A stretch of 64,000 bases of DNA from Ruminococcaceae bacterium UBA3903 (lineage in GTDB: Bacteria > Bacillota > Clostridia > Oscillospirales > Acutalibacteraceae), in NCBI GenBank assembly GCA_002391625.1, contig DGFJ01000007.1, positions 5,900 through 69,899 of the forward strand, in the 5' to 3' direction. The position numbers and the translations under genes were made by a program. The notes below the pieces were generated by a model. The model saw only the letters and a program-made list of their open reading frames with translations, searched no databases and had not been told where the DNA came from. The first letter of the stretch is position 1, and every line of letters begins with the position of its first letter. Of the stretch, positions 47,436 to 56,578 are shown piece by piece.

Positions 47436-48014
47436 CTAATCTATTTTTTTGCCATTCATCTTTACTATTTTACCTGGATTACCAACAACTGTACAGTTAT
47501 CTGGTATATCCTTTGTGACAACAGCACCAGCACCTATTTTACAGTTGTTTCCTACATGAATACCACCGATAACCTTAGCACCAGCAAAAATGTCAACATT
47601 ATCACCGATGGTAGGTATATCTATTCCATTAATCTTTTTACCTCTGCCAATAGTAACCTGCTGATAAACAGAACAATTTTCACCTATCCTGTTTGCAAAC
47701 ACAATGGTACTGTACCCATGATAGATTATAAATCCCCCACCAATTTCGCTGTCAATTTCTATTTGCTTCATAGGTTTATAGAAAATTTTTAGAATTTTTG
47801 AGTATGAACGATTGTAGTGAGAAACACGATTATAAAAAAGATTTCTAAAAGCTGCATTACGACGTAACAATTTACGCAGCATATAATTATAGGTTTTATC
47901 GGTTGTACCGTAATTACGAATGATATCCTGTGTAACAGTAGCTTTATTTGACATCTTATTATAAATAATTACTGCTGGGGTTGAACGAATAAAATGAATT
48001 GCTCGTAAAATCAA
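47436..48014 (-). CDS. Hexapeptide-repeat (left-handed beta-helix) O-acetyltransferase, serine acetyltransferase-like
   Basis: C-terminal hexapeptide repeats (IGDNVDIFAGAKVIGGIHVGNNCKIGAGAVV). It lies 37 nt downstream of hisE on the same strand. Confidence 0.7.
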   Translation of the reverse strand: MILRAIHFIRSTPAVIIYNKMSNKATVTQDIIRNYGTTDKTYNYMLRKLLRRNAAFRNLFYNRVSHYNRSYSKILKIFYKPMKQIEIDSEIGGGFIIYHGYSTIVFANRIGENCSVYQQVTIGRGKKINGIDIPTIGDNVDIFAGAKVIGGIHVGNNCKIGAGAVVTKDIPDNCTVVGNPGKIVKMNGKKID

Positions 48015-48051
48015 AATCGTTTTCTCCTAATATATAATAAACTTCACAAAA

Positions 48052-48381
48052 TCAACTATTTTTATCTACCTGATGAAATGTTTTTAGATTGCCGGTTTTG
48101 TTGCTTCGTTTATCAAGCTCTGCCAATACATCCTCTAGCTGTATACCTTGATTAACCATCATAACCATTATGTGATACATTAAATCAGATATTTCTAAAA
48201 CAGTTTCCTTATTATCATTGTTCTTAGCAGCAATTATTGTTTCACTGCACTCCTCACCGCACTTTTTAAGAATTTTATCCAAGCCCTTATCAAATAAATA
48301 GCATGTATAAGAACCCTCAGCTGGATTGTTTTTTCTTTCCAAGACAGTGTTGTATAATTCTTGTAATACATCGTTGCTCAT
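48052..48381 (-). CDS. hisE: Phosphoribosyl-ATP pyrophosphatase
   Basis: A 109-aa MazG-like helical protein (KKCGEECSETIIAAKN, EISDLMYH) at the end of the his operon. Confidence 0.9.
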   Translation of the reverse strand: MSNDVLQELYNTVLERKNNPAEGSYTCYLFDKGLDKILKKCGEECSETIIAAKNNDNKETVLEISDLMYHIMVMMVNQGIQLEDVLAELDKRSNKTGNLKTFHQVDKNS

Positions 48382-48406
48382 ATTATGTACTCCTTAATAA
48401 TATATA

Positions 48407-48721
48407 TTATTTTAATTTTGTAAAAAAGCAGGTATGGTTACCTGTATGGCAAGCAGCACCTGTTTGTTCTACTATAATTAAAAGGGTATCATCATCACAG
48501 TCACCAAATATTTCAACAACCTTTTGTAAATGACCAGATGTAGCACCCTTGTTCCAAAGCTCCTGACGTGAACGGCTAAAAAACCAAGTATAGCCTGTTT
48601 CAAAGGTTTTCTCCATAGATTGTCTGTTCATATATGCAAGCATAAGAACCTCACCTGTGGATTTTTCTTGAATAACCGCAGGTATCAGCTCACTTTTTTT
48701 AAAAAACTTTTCGTAATCCAT
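48407..48721 (-). CDS. hisI: Phosphoribosyl-AMP cyclohydrolase
   Basis: A 104-aa protein with the motifs [19 protein letters not shown] and DCDDDTLL. It is a separate gene, not fused to hisE. Confidence 0.9.
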   Translation of the reverse strand: MDYEKFFKKSELIPAVIQEKSTGEVLMLAYMNRQSMEKTFETGYTWFFSRSRQELWNKGATSGHLQKVVEIFGDCDDDTLLIIVEQTGAACHTGNHTCFFTKLK

Positions 48722-49471
48722 TTACACTTCTTCTCCGTTAATAAACTTTTTCTCTGAACGATAACCTAGCTCAACAGCAGCCGCTAAATCTAGGTCACCT
48801 GTGTATATTGCTCTGCCTGTGATAGCACCATAAACGTTCAGTGCTGAAATATTCATAATATCCTTTAGGCTGGCAACACCACCGCTGGCGATTATGTTAC
48901 AAGAAACGCTGTTCATCAAATCATCTAATTGACCTAGATTTGGTCCTGACAGCATACCGTCCTTAGAAATGTCTGTAAAAATGATATACTGTACACCGAT
49001 GTCCTCCATACGCTTAGCCAGTTCAATATAGTCAACATGAGATTGGTCTAACCAACCTTCTGCACATACTAAACCGTCCTTAGCATCTATGCCAACGGCT
49101 ATTCTGCTGCCATATGTTTTAACAGCGGCCTTTACAAAGGCTTGATCCTTTATAGCTGCAGAGCCTAGGATAACACGGCTAATCCCGTTACCTAAATAAG
49201 CATCTACTGCTTTCATATCCCGTATGCCGCCACCAACCTCTACAGACAAGCCACTGCTGTTAGCAACCTCTAAAATTAGTTCTCTGTTTTGTGGTATACC
49301 ATCCTTGGCACCGTCTAGGTCTACCATATGCATCCATCTGACACCAGCCTTTTTAAAGGCCTCGGCTGTCTTGTGTGGGTCATCAGCAACCTTTTCGACT
49401 GTGTTGTAATCACCCTTTTTTAGGCGAACACAGTTCCCGTCTTTTATATCTATAGCTGGTAATACGATCAT
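48722..49471 (-). CDS. hisA: ProFAR isomerase HisA
   Basis: The N-terminus MIVLPAIDIKDGNCVRL and the motif VGGGIR are HisA-type, not HisF-type. Confidence 0.9.
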   Translation of the reverse strand: MIVLPAIDIKDGNCVRLKKGDYNTVEKVADDPHKTAEAFKKAGVRWMHMVDLDGAKDGIPQNRELILEVANSSGLSVEVGGGIRDMKAVDAYLGNGISRVILGSAAIKDQAFVKAAVKTYGSRIAVGIDAKDGLVCAEGWLDQSHVDYIELAKRMEDIGVQYIIFTDISKDGMLSGPNLGQLDDLMNSVSCNIIASGGVASLKDIMNISALNVYGAITGRAIYTGDLDLAAAVELGYRSEKKFINGEEV

Positions 49472-49503
49472 AATATTACGCCTTCCTTTTGAAAAGATTA
49501 AAG

Positions 49504-50085
49504 CTATTCAAGTATGCCCTTTGTAGATAAGGGCTTGTTACTGTCAACCCTTTTTACAGCACTGTTAAGTGCGTGTGCAGCTGCTTTAAAAATAGCCTCT
49601 ATTATATGGTGACTGTTGCTACCATATTCTGAATTTATATGAAGTGTCATGCCCGAATTAAAGGCAAAGGCACGGAAAAACTCCTCTGTCATACAGCAGT
49701 CATATCCCCCAACAACCTGTTGTGGATACTCTGCCTTAAAAACTAGGAATGGTCTGCCACTAATGTCCACAGAGGCAAACGCCAATGCCTCATCCATAGG
49801 TATATGAAATGAGCCATATCTAGCAATACCAGATTTATCACCAAGTGCTTCGCTAAAAGCCTTTCCTAGGACAATACCAGTGTCCTCTATTGTGTGGTGA
49901 CAATCTACGTTAAGGTCACCCTTAACAGCAACAGTTAAGCCAAAACCGCCGTGTACAGCAAAGGCTGTTAGCATATGGTCAAAAAAGCCTACACCTGTAT
50001 CTATGGAAACGTTACCGCCATAAATGTTTAGTGCTACAAAAATATCGGTTTCTTTTGTTTTTCTTTTAATTTCTATATTTCCCAC
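49504..50085 (-). CDS. hisB: Imidazoleglycerol-phosphate dehydratase
   Basis: A 193-aa protein with DCHHTIED and SNSHHIIEA motifs. Confidence 0.9.
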   Translation of the reverse strand: MGNIEIKRKTKETDIFVALNIYGGNVSIDTGVGFFDHMLTAFAVHGGFGLTVAVKGDLNVDCHHTIEDTGIVLGKAFSEALGDKSGIARYGSFHIPMDEALAFASVDISGRPFLVFKAEYPQQVVGGYDCCMTEEFFRAFAFNSGMTLHINSEYGSNSHHIIEAIFKAAAHALNSAVKRVDSNKPLSTKGILE

Positions 50086-50097
50086 GGATACACCTTC

Positions 50098-51159
50098 CTA
50101 TTTAAAATATTCCTTTAACAGTTGAATTAATTCACTATTTTCCTGTTGTGTACCTGTGGAAATTCGCAGGTATTCACCCATAAAGCGGATGGCAACACCA
50201 TGTGACAAAAGGTATTTAAAAACATCCTCAGACACGTTTGATTTAATGTAAATAAAATTGCAACAGCCGTTGACCATTGACAATTTATCAGGGTATTGGC
50301 ATGCCAGTGCTTTAAGGTCATTATACAAGCTTTTTCTCAAAGTTACAATTGTTTTCCTAACATTTTTTAAATATTTAGTATCAGAATAAATTAATGTACC
50401 AATCTCTTGTGTCATAGTGTTTACATTATATGGAGATTTAACAGCACGAAACGCCTTTGTATTAACCCTGTTAGATACGGCAAAGCCAAGTCTGATAGCC
50501 GCTGCACCCACAGCCTTTGAAGCTGTACGCAGGATAATAAGGTTATCAAAATCGTTAACTCTATCCAGCAGTGATTCCTCCCAAAAATCCATATATGCTT
50601 CATCAAGTATTACCAGAGAATCAACAGATGAAATAAGCCTAATTATATCTTCACGTTGTACACCTAACGAGGTGGGATTGCACGGGTTAGAAAAGATAAC
50701 AGCTCTGGCCTTCTTTGCGTTAACAGCGTCTATAACGCTGTCAATATTAACGGTATAATCATCATTTTTCTTTACGGCACAGCAGTTAACCTCTGACAAC
50801 GCCCCATAAAAGCTATACATTGAAAAATCTGGTTCAATAGTCAGCAGTGTTTCGCCCTTCATCATGAAAGCCTGCATAATAATAGAAATTAGTTCATCAG
50901 AACCGTTGCCTGCGGTTACGTTGTCAGCGTCAATACCGTAGTAATCCGCAAAGGCATCACATACGCCTGCTGCCATAGGGTCTGGATAACGGTTAAAATC
51001 TACACTAGCTATTTTCTCTTTGATTTTACGCATCATGTCATCAGGTAGATTAAAACAAGATTCATTAGCATCTAATCTAATTTTAAAATTGCCACTGACA
51101 GGCTCATATGGTACAAGATTTCTTATCTTATCATTTAGGTTATACATAAAAGCTATCAT
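50098..51159 (-). CDS. hisC: Histidinol-phosphate aminotransferase
   Basis: A class II aminotransferase with the RTASKAVG Lys region, in a his operon position. Confidence 0.85.
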   Translation of the reverse strand: MIAFMYNLNDKIRNLVPYEPVSGNFKIRLDANESCFNLPDDMMRKIKEKIASVDFNRYPDPMAAGVCDAFADYYGIDADNVTAGNGSDELISIIMQAFMMKGETLLTIEPDFSMYSFYGALSEVNCCAVKKNDDYTVNIDSVIDAVNAKKARAVIFSNPCNPTSLGVQREDIIRLISSVDSLVILDEAYMDFWEESLLDRVNDFDNLIILRTASKAVGAAAIRLGFAVSNRVNTKAFRAVKSPYNVNTMTQEIGTLIYSDTKYLKNVRKTIVTLRKSLYNDLKALACQYPDKLSMVNGCCNFIYIKSNVSEDVFKYLLSHGVAIRFMGEYLRISTGTQQENSELIQLLKEYFK

Positions 51160-51173
51160 CCTTTTGTGTGATT

Positions 51174-52466
51174 TTATTCATCCTTTGCTCTTACAATTAT
51201 GGAATTGGCATGAGCTGTTAACCCCTCAGCGTTGGCCAAGGCAATAATGTCACTGCTGTCTGCTTGTAAGGCTGATTTAGTATAGTATATAAAGCTTGAT
51301 TTTTTTATAAAACAATCAACTGATAATGGTGAGAAAAATTTAGCTGTACCGCTGGTAGGCAACACATGGTTAGGTCCTGCGTAGTAATCACCCAATGGCT
51401 CTGGAGAGTAATTTCCAAGGAATACTGACCCTGCATTATCAAGCTTTCCAATATACTCCATAGGATTGGCAACACAAACCTCTAAATGCTCAGGAGCTAA
51501 AATATTAGCGTACTCTACAGCATCATCAATATTTTTACAAACAATAATAACACCATAATCATCTAAGGCCTTTTCAATAATTTCCTTACGTGATAAGTCA
51601 GCCATTTGCTTTTCCAACTCAATCTTAACCAGATTTGCCAGTTCCTCGCTGTCTGTTAATAAGATTGAAGATGCCAGCTTGTCATGCTCTGCCTGTGACA
51701 TAAGGTCAGCTGCCAAATAATCAGCCTTGGCTGTTTTATCTGCGATAATAAGAATTTCGCTGGGACCTGCTATCATATCAATATCGACTACACCGTACAG
51801 AAGCTTTTTAGCGGTTGCAACAAATATATTTCCAGGTCCCACTATTTTATCCACCTTAGGTACGGTTTCAGTGCCATAGGCTAAAGCAGCTACTGCCTGA
51901 GCACCACCCATTAAAAATACTCTGTCAACACCAGCTATATAAGCCGCTGCCAAAATATCTGGATTAGGCTTACCATCCTTGCCCGGTGGTGTAACCATAA
52001 TAATTTCTTTAACACCAGCAATTTTTGCAGGAATGGCATTCATTAGCACTGACGATGGATATGCAGCTGTACCCCCTGGAACATATATGCCCACACGTGT
52101 AAGTCCACGCACACGCTGACCAAGAATAACGCCATTTTCCTTGGTAGTAAGCCAGCTTTGTTGTAGCTGTCTTTGGTGAAAATCTGCGATATTTTTAGCA
52201 GCGTTTTCAAGTGCTACTAAAAATTTTTTATCACAGGTTTTAGCAAGCTGTGATATTTCTTCCTTTGAAATTTCTGTTTTTTCTACCTGTGTACCGTCAA
52301 ACCTTAATGTATATTCAGTTACTGCTTTATCACCATTTTGTCTAACATTTTCAATAATATCAGAAACAATAGCAGTAACGTCTTTATTTGTACTTTCGTT
52401 TCTGGCTTTTAGGTCTGCCATGAAATTATATTCTGCTGTGCCGTCCGCCTTTACAGTTTTTATCAT
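51174..52466 (-). CDS. hisD: Histidinol dehydrogenase
   Basis: Motifs SQAEHD and [13 protein letters not shown]. The start is set at the ATG (MIKTVK) after an AAAGGA RBS, not at the upstream TTG at 52484. Confidence 0.9.
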   Translation of the reverse strand: MIKTVKADGTAEYNFMADLKARNESTNKDVTAIVSDIIENVRQNGDKAVTEYTLRFDGTQVEKTEISKEEISQLAKTCDKKFLVALENAAKNIADFHQRQLQQSWLTTKENGVILGQRVRGLTRVGIYVPGGTAAYPSSVLMNAIPAKIAGVKEIIMVTPPGKDGKPNPDILAAAYIAGVDRVFLMGGAQAVAALAYGTETVPKVDKIVGPGNIFVATAKKLLYGVVDIDMIAGPSEILIIADKTAKADYLAADLMSQAEHDKLASSILLTDSEELANLVKIELEKQMADLSRKEIIEKALDDYGVIIVCKNIDDAVEYANILAPEHLEVCVANPMEYIGKLDNAGSVFLGNYSPEPLGDYYAGPNHVLPTSGTAKFFSPLSVDCFIKKSSFIYYTKSALQADSSDIIALANAEGLTAHANSIIVRAKDE

Positions 52467-52495
52467 ATTATCATATCCTTTCAAATGGAGTGATG

Positions 52496-53131
52496 TTATC
52501 TTTCCTTTATAGCTTGATACATTTTATCCACTATTTCCTCTATTTCCCTTTTGCGAAGCTTTAAAGATGCATTGTTTGCTATTAATCGGGCTGATATAGG
52601 AACTATGTCTTCAAAAACCTCTAAGCCATTTTCCTTTAATGTCGATCCTGTTTCTACAATATCAACTATTGCATCAGACAAGCCCAGCAAGGGTGCCAGC
52701 TCAACGCTGCCTTCGATCTTTATACAATGAATGTCCATGCCCTTTTTCTCAAAAAATGTTCTGGCAACATTTGGGTATTTTGTAGCGATGGTCTTTACAT
52801 TGTATCCACCAAAAAAATCAGCACCCTTTTTTCCAGCTAATGCGAATTTGCATCTGCCAAAGCCTAGGTCTAACAGTTCAAAAAAGCCAGTGCCGTTTTC
52901 TAAGATAGTATCCTTACCCACTACTCCCAAATCACATACACCATGCTCAACGTATGTAATAACATCAGCAGCCTTTGCTAAAACTACTTCTATTTCTCCA
53001 TTATCTATAGGCAATATTAGCCTTCTGCCTTTATTTCTAACAGCGTCACAATTATACCCTAGCTCTTCAAATAATGCCACTGTGTCCTTTTCCAGTCGAC
53101 CCTTTGTTAATGCTATTCTAAGTGGTTTCAT
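52496..53131 (-). CDS. hisG: ATP phosphoribosyltransferase, short form
   Basis: A 211-aa protein with DIVETGSTLKENGL. The short form is consistent with the adjacent hisZ. Confidence 0.9.
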   Translation of the reverse strand: MKPLRIALTKGRLEKDTVALFEELGYNCDAVRNKGRRLILPIDNGEIEVVLAKAADVITYVEHGVCDLGVVGKDTILENGTGFFELLDLGFGRCKFALAGKKGADFFGGYNVKTIATKYPNVARTFFEKKGMDIHCIKIEGSVELAPLLGLSDAIVDIVETGSTLKENGLEVFEDIVPISARLIANNASLKLRKREIEEIVDKMYQAIKER

Positions 53132-53157
53132 AATATTACTACCTCATTTCAAGTTGC

Positions 53158-54357
53158 TTATTTATCTACATCTAATATATTAGTTGTTTCGCTTACAATA
53201 TAAACCCTTGGTATGTTTTTCTTTTTAGCATATACCACAGCATCTATCTGTGTTTCAAAGGTACTAACCTCGCAGCGACTGCCACTCATGGATAGCTGGC
53301 GTGCCTGATTAATAGCGTCCATTTCAAAGCCGTCCTCACCATGAACTAATATATCTATTGACATATCATTTTTTACAACAGATTTTTTCAGCAGCATATT
53401 TGCCAGCTCATGAACATTAATACCAAAACCAGCAGCTGGCATAGGGTTTTGAAACTCTGACAACAGCTCATCGTATCTACCACCAACCAGTACAGCATCA
53501 CCGCTGCCCTCAACATATCCACTAAATATAATACCACTGTAATAGTCATTACGCTGAACAAGTCCCAAATCAACAATAAGCTTATCACCCATAAATATTT
53601 GTGATAACGCCTCATACATTTCCTTTAAATAGTACAAAGCCGCTTCTGCTTCTGTTCCCTTAAACAATGGGTACGCTTTTTCAAATACTTCCTCACCACC
53701 GAATAAACGTGGCAGCTTACGCAGGGCAGTTACAGTATCGGTTTGCTCTAGCTCATCTAATATGCTATTAAGTGCAGAATAGTTTTTAGATTCTATTGAT
53801 AAACGAACCTCTTCACGCTGATAATCACTAATAGGCAGCTTATTAACCAACGCTCTAAAGAAAATTGCGTGTCCCAGCTCAATTCTAAAATCTGGTACAA
53901 CCTTCTGCATTGCTTCTATAGCAGCGGTTATCAGCTCTAGGTCTGCTCGCTTACCGCTTACGCCCAAAAGCTCCATACCAGCCTGTCTAACCTCATTACT
54001 TCTGCCGGCAAGGCTTCTATTATTTCTATATAATATCTGATTGTATGACAGTCTAAGTGGCAGTGGCTCTGACTGCAATCTAGTAGCTACCATTCTTGCA
54101 ATTGGCAACGTGGAGTCAGGACGCAGAACCATTAGCCTCCCCTTTTTGTCTGTAAGGATAAACATATCCTCTTGGCTAATGCCAGAATGCTTTAGAGCAA
54201 ATGTATCAAAAAATTCCATACTAGGGGTGAACACTTGATTATATCCCTTTGAAGCAAATACATCATCCATAATTTTACTAACCTTGTTCACAGCAGTACA
54301 TTCTTCAAATAAAAAATCCTTTGTGCCTTCTGGGGTTATTTTGTAATATTTTCTCAT
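53158..54357 (-). CDS. hisZ: ATP phosphoribosyltransferase regulatory subunit (HisS paralogue)
   Basis: A 399-aa class II aaRS-like core without an anticodon-binding domain. It is the first gene of the his operon. Confidence 0.85.
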   Translation of the reverse strand: MRKYYKITPEGTKDFLFEECTAVNKVSKIMDDVFASKGYNQVFTPSMEFFDTFALKHSGISQEDMFILTDKKGRLMVLRPDSTLPIARMVATRLQSEPLPLRLSYNQILYRNNRSLAGRSNEVRQAGMELLGVSGKRADLELITAAIEAMQKVVPDFRIELGHAIFFRALVNKLPISDYQREEVRLSIESKNYSALNSILDELEQTDTVTALRKLPRLFGGEEVFEKAYPLFKGTEAEAALYYLKEMYEALSQIFMGDKLIVDLGLVQRNDYYSGIIFSGYVEGSGDAVLVGGRYDELLSEFQNPMPAAGFGINVHELANMLLKKSVVKNDMSIDILVHGEDGFEMDAINQARQLSMSGSRCEVSTFETQIDAVVYAKKKNIPRVYIVSETTNILDVDK

Positions 54358-54395
54358 AGCTCTACCTCATTCTCTAAAATAAACTGGCATAACGC

Positions 54396-54425
54396 TTTAG
54401 CGTGCTAATATAATAACACGCTAAA
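54396..54425. promoter_or_regulatory. Candidate operator: a perfect 9-bp inverted repeat over the -10/+1 region of the his promoter
   Basis: TTTAGCGTG (54396-54404) - 12 nt - CACGCTAAA (54417-54425). The spacer contains the predicted -10 box. Confidence 0.35.
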
Positions 54426-54438
54426 TTAAGTTTGTCAA
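54410..54438 (-). promoter_or_regulatory. Sigma-A-type promoter candidate of the his operon
   Basis: On the minus strand, TTGACA (54438-54433) - 17 nt - TATTAT (54415-54410), about 50 nt upstream of the hisZ ATG. Confidence 0.55.
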
Positions 54439-54454
54439 TACTGAATATGTCCCT

Positions 54455-54490
54455 AAACAAAAATGCAGGGAGCGGTTGCCCACACCCTGC
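54455..54490 (-). terminator. Rho-independent terminator of the MBOAT-DHHW-FkbH-ACP operon
   Basis: On the minus strand, GCAGGG-(14 nt)-CCCTGC followed by AUUUUUGUUU, 14 nt after the ACP stop codon. Confidence 0.65.
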
Positions 54491-54503
54491 ATCTAATTTA
54501 AAA

Positions 54504-54746
54504 TTATCTGATTCTGGACGCAATGATGTCAACCATTTCACCTACGTTTTTCATTGATGAAATCTCACCCATTTTAAACTTAATCTTGAAAGCCCTTTCT
54601 ACCGCACCTATTAAGGTGATATGCTCTAGGCTGTCCCAATCATCTATATCGTCAGCCGTTGTGTTAGGTGTTATTCTGATAGAATCATCATCAAATACAT
54701 CACAAAATACACTGTTTAGTTTACCGTAAATTTGTTTTTTATCCAT
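54504..54746 (-). CDS. Acyl carrier protein (stand-alone, Dlt/FkbH-associated type)
   Basis: An 80-aa acidic four-helix-type protein with the phosphopantetheine attachment context DDWDSLEH. It lies 7 nt downstream of the FkbH-like gene. Confidence 0.8.
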   Translation of the reverse strand: MDKKQIYGKLNSVFCDVFDDDSIRITPNTTADDIDDWDSLEHITLIGAVERAFKIKFKMGEISSMKNVGEMVDIIASRIR

Positions 54747-54753
54747 AATTATT

Positions 54754-56559
54754 TTACTCCTTATTGTTTTCAGTTAAATCGTTGCCTACAACCGTAATAA
54801 CATTATTTTTATTTGAATAACTATCTACTGCCATTTCCCATATAGTGTTTCCTTCGCTGTCCTCATTTATTTTTTCAAATCCAAAGGTTTTATACAGCTC
54901 ACGAACCATATTATTTTTGGCTGTAGGATAGTAATATCCCTTAATTGTTTTTACACCCTGCTCTATACATTTTTGTACCAATATATCTAACATTGCCAAT
55001 TCCATATCTCTTTTTAAAACACGACAGCTCATTAACCACAAGTCTATGTTCAATACATCGCCGTCTTTTTTTCCTATTACAACAGATACAACGCCGTTAT
55101 CACCAAATTTGTCTATAAGCTTACCATATAAACGTATATATTGGTCGCTTTCAAATACTTCTTCCATTTCTGCGACGGTATAACGTTTAGTAGTAACATT
55201 AAACTGGTTGCTCTTATTAGAAAGCTGGGTGATACGTTGAATATATACTGGTAAAAAGTCATCAATAGTAGCCTTCATATTCATGCTAAGTAAGTAATCC
55301 TCGTAGTTACCAAAGGTAGCTTGCTGTGCTGCCCTTTCTACATTTGCTTTATACATTTCGTTACGTTTTAAATCGTCCTCACTAAATGTAGTAACTTCAA
55401 AAAAGCCGTTTCTGTCCAATGTGGTAATATAGTTTTCTACAGTGTCCATTACAGGTGCAGACACACCATTTAACTGTGCCTTTACTATCTCTCGTTCGGC
55501 TGGATTGTCGTCCACGAATACAATAGACTCTGGTAGAATATTTAGCTCTGCTGCTGTGTTGGCGATATTAATATCTTTATTTTCCCAGTTGGCTTTTATA
55601 ATGATAAAATCATCAGGTTTTAATACACCTTCAGGATGATTTAAGCCATCAACAGCGTTTTGATGGTCATTTTTTGAACAGACTGTTAGCATTATACCTA
55701 AATCTTTTTGGCTTTTGATAAACTGTTGAAATTCGTAGTAGCTTTGAGAAACACCTGTTTCCTGACCGATTTCAATGTTATCTACTCCATCATCGCCAAC
55801 TACTCCACCCCATAGTGTGTTGTCCAAATCCAATGCCAAAGCCTTTTTATTTTTGCCAAAAATGGATTTTATAATATTGGCAATGTTAAATGCAAGCTCA
55901 GGGATAGCATCAATACACATAGCATATTTATACATATTCCAAAACAGCGGGTTTGACCATTCCTTTAAGCCGTAGCTGGCAGAAATGAAATTAATATCAT
56001 TAATATAAAAATTATCTGTTTTTTGACTATAACAATAGAGCATTGTGTTTAGTCTAGTGATAAAGTTACTGCGTCCTCTGTAATCGCTGCAGTCCTTATT
56101 TCCCATTAATCTATAGAAAGGCAATTCAAAATTATTTTGAATTATAGGGCATTTAAATTTTTCTGAAACAGATTGCCACATTTGCTTAAAATTTTCAAAA
56201 GTAGAATTTAACAGGCTGTCAGTGTCCTCCTTTGAAAATCTTGGCGTTGGATAGCTTGCAATGTTTCTGTTTGTAGTATGAATAAAAACTATGTCTGGCT
56301 GAAAATCTAACAGCTCCTGTGGTGGAAACATAGCGTCCTGCCAATACTGTGCATATTCTGACTGGTAAAACGTTGGCTCTATCCCTGCATTTAGCAGGAA
56401 TAGCTCCATAATATTAATAATTTCATTAATGGTTGAACCACCTAAAACTGCTATTTTTTTCTGCAGTCGCGTGCTGCCATCAGCAAGAAGTGCTTTTTTT
56501 ATAGATTTCTTCTTTTTAGAAACATAATCAGAATCAAAAGGATATTCTAACTGGTACAT
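54754..56559 (-). CDS. FkbH-like HAD-IIIC family enzyme with a C-terminal GNAT-like domain
   Basis: The HAD motif I LALDLDNTLWGG, followed by VCSKN and DDNP motifs. The 601-aa three-domain layout is typical of FkbH-like proteins. Confidence 0.75.
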   Translation of the reverse strand: MYQLEYPFDSDYVSKKKKSIKKALLADGSTRLQKKIAVLGGSTINEIINIMELFLLNAGIEPTFYQSEYAQYWQDAMFPPQELLDFQPDIVFIHTTNRNIASYPTPRFSKEDTDSLLNSTFENFKQMWQSVSEKFKCPIIQNNFELPFYRLMGNKDCSDYRGRSNFITRLNTMLYCYSQKTDNFYINDINFISASYGLKEWSNPLFWNMYKYAMCIDAIPELAFNIANIIKSIFGKNKKALALDLDNTLWGGVVGDDGVDNIEIGQETGVSQSYYEFQQFIKSQKDLGIMLTVCSKNDHQNAVDGLNHPEGVLKPDDFIIIKANWENKDINIANTAAELNILPESIVFVDDNPAEREIVKAQLNGVSAPVMDTVENYITTLDRNGFFEVTTFSEDDLKRNEMYKANVERAAQQATFGNYEDYLLSMNMKATIDDFLPVYIQRITQLSNKSNQFNVTTKRYTVAEMEEVFESDQYIRLYGKLIDKFGDNGVVSVVIGKKDGDVLNIDLWLMSCRVLKRDMELAMLDILVQKCIEQGVKTIKGYYYPTAKNNMVRELYKTFGFEKINEDSEGNTIWEMAVDSYSNKNNVITVVGNDLTENNKE

Positions 56560-56578
56560 AATTACACCTCGTAAAATT

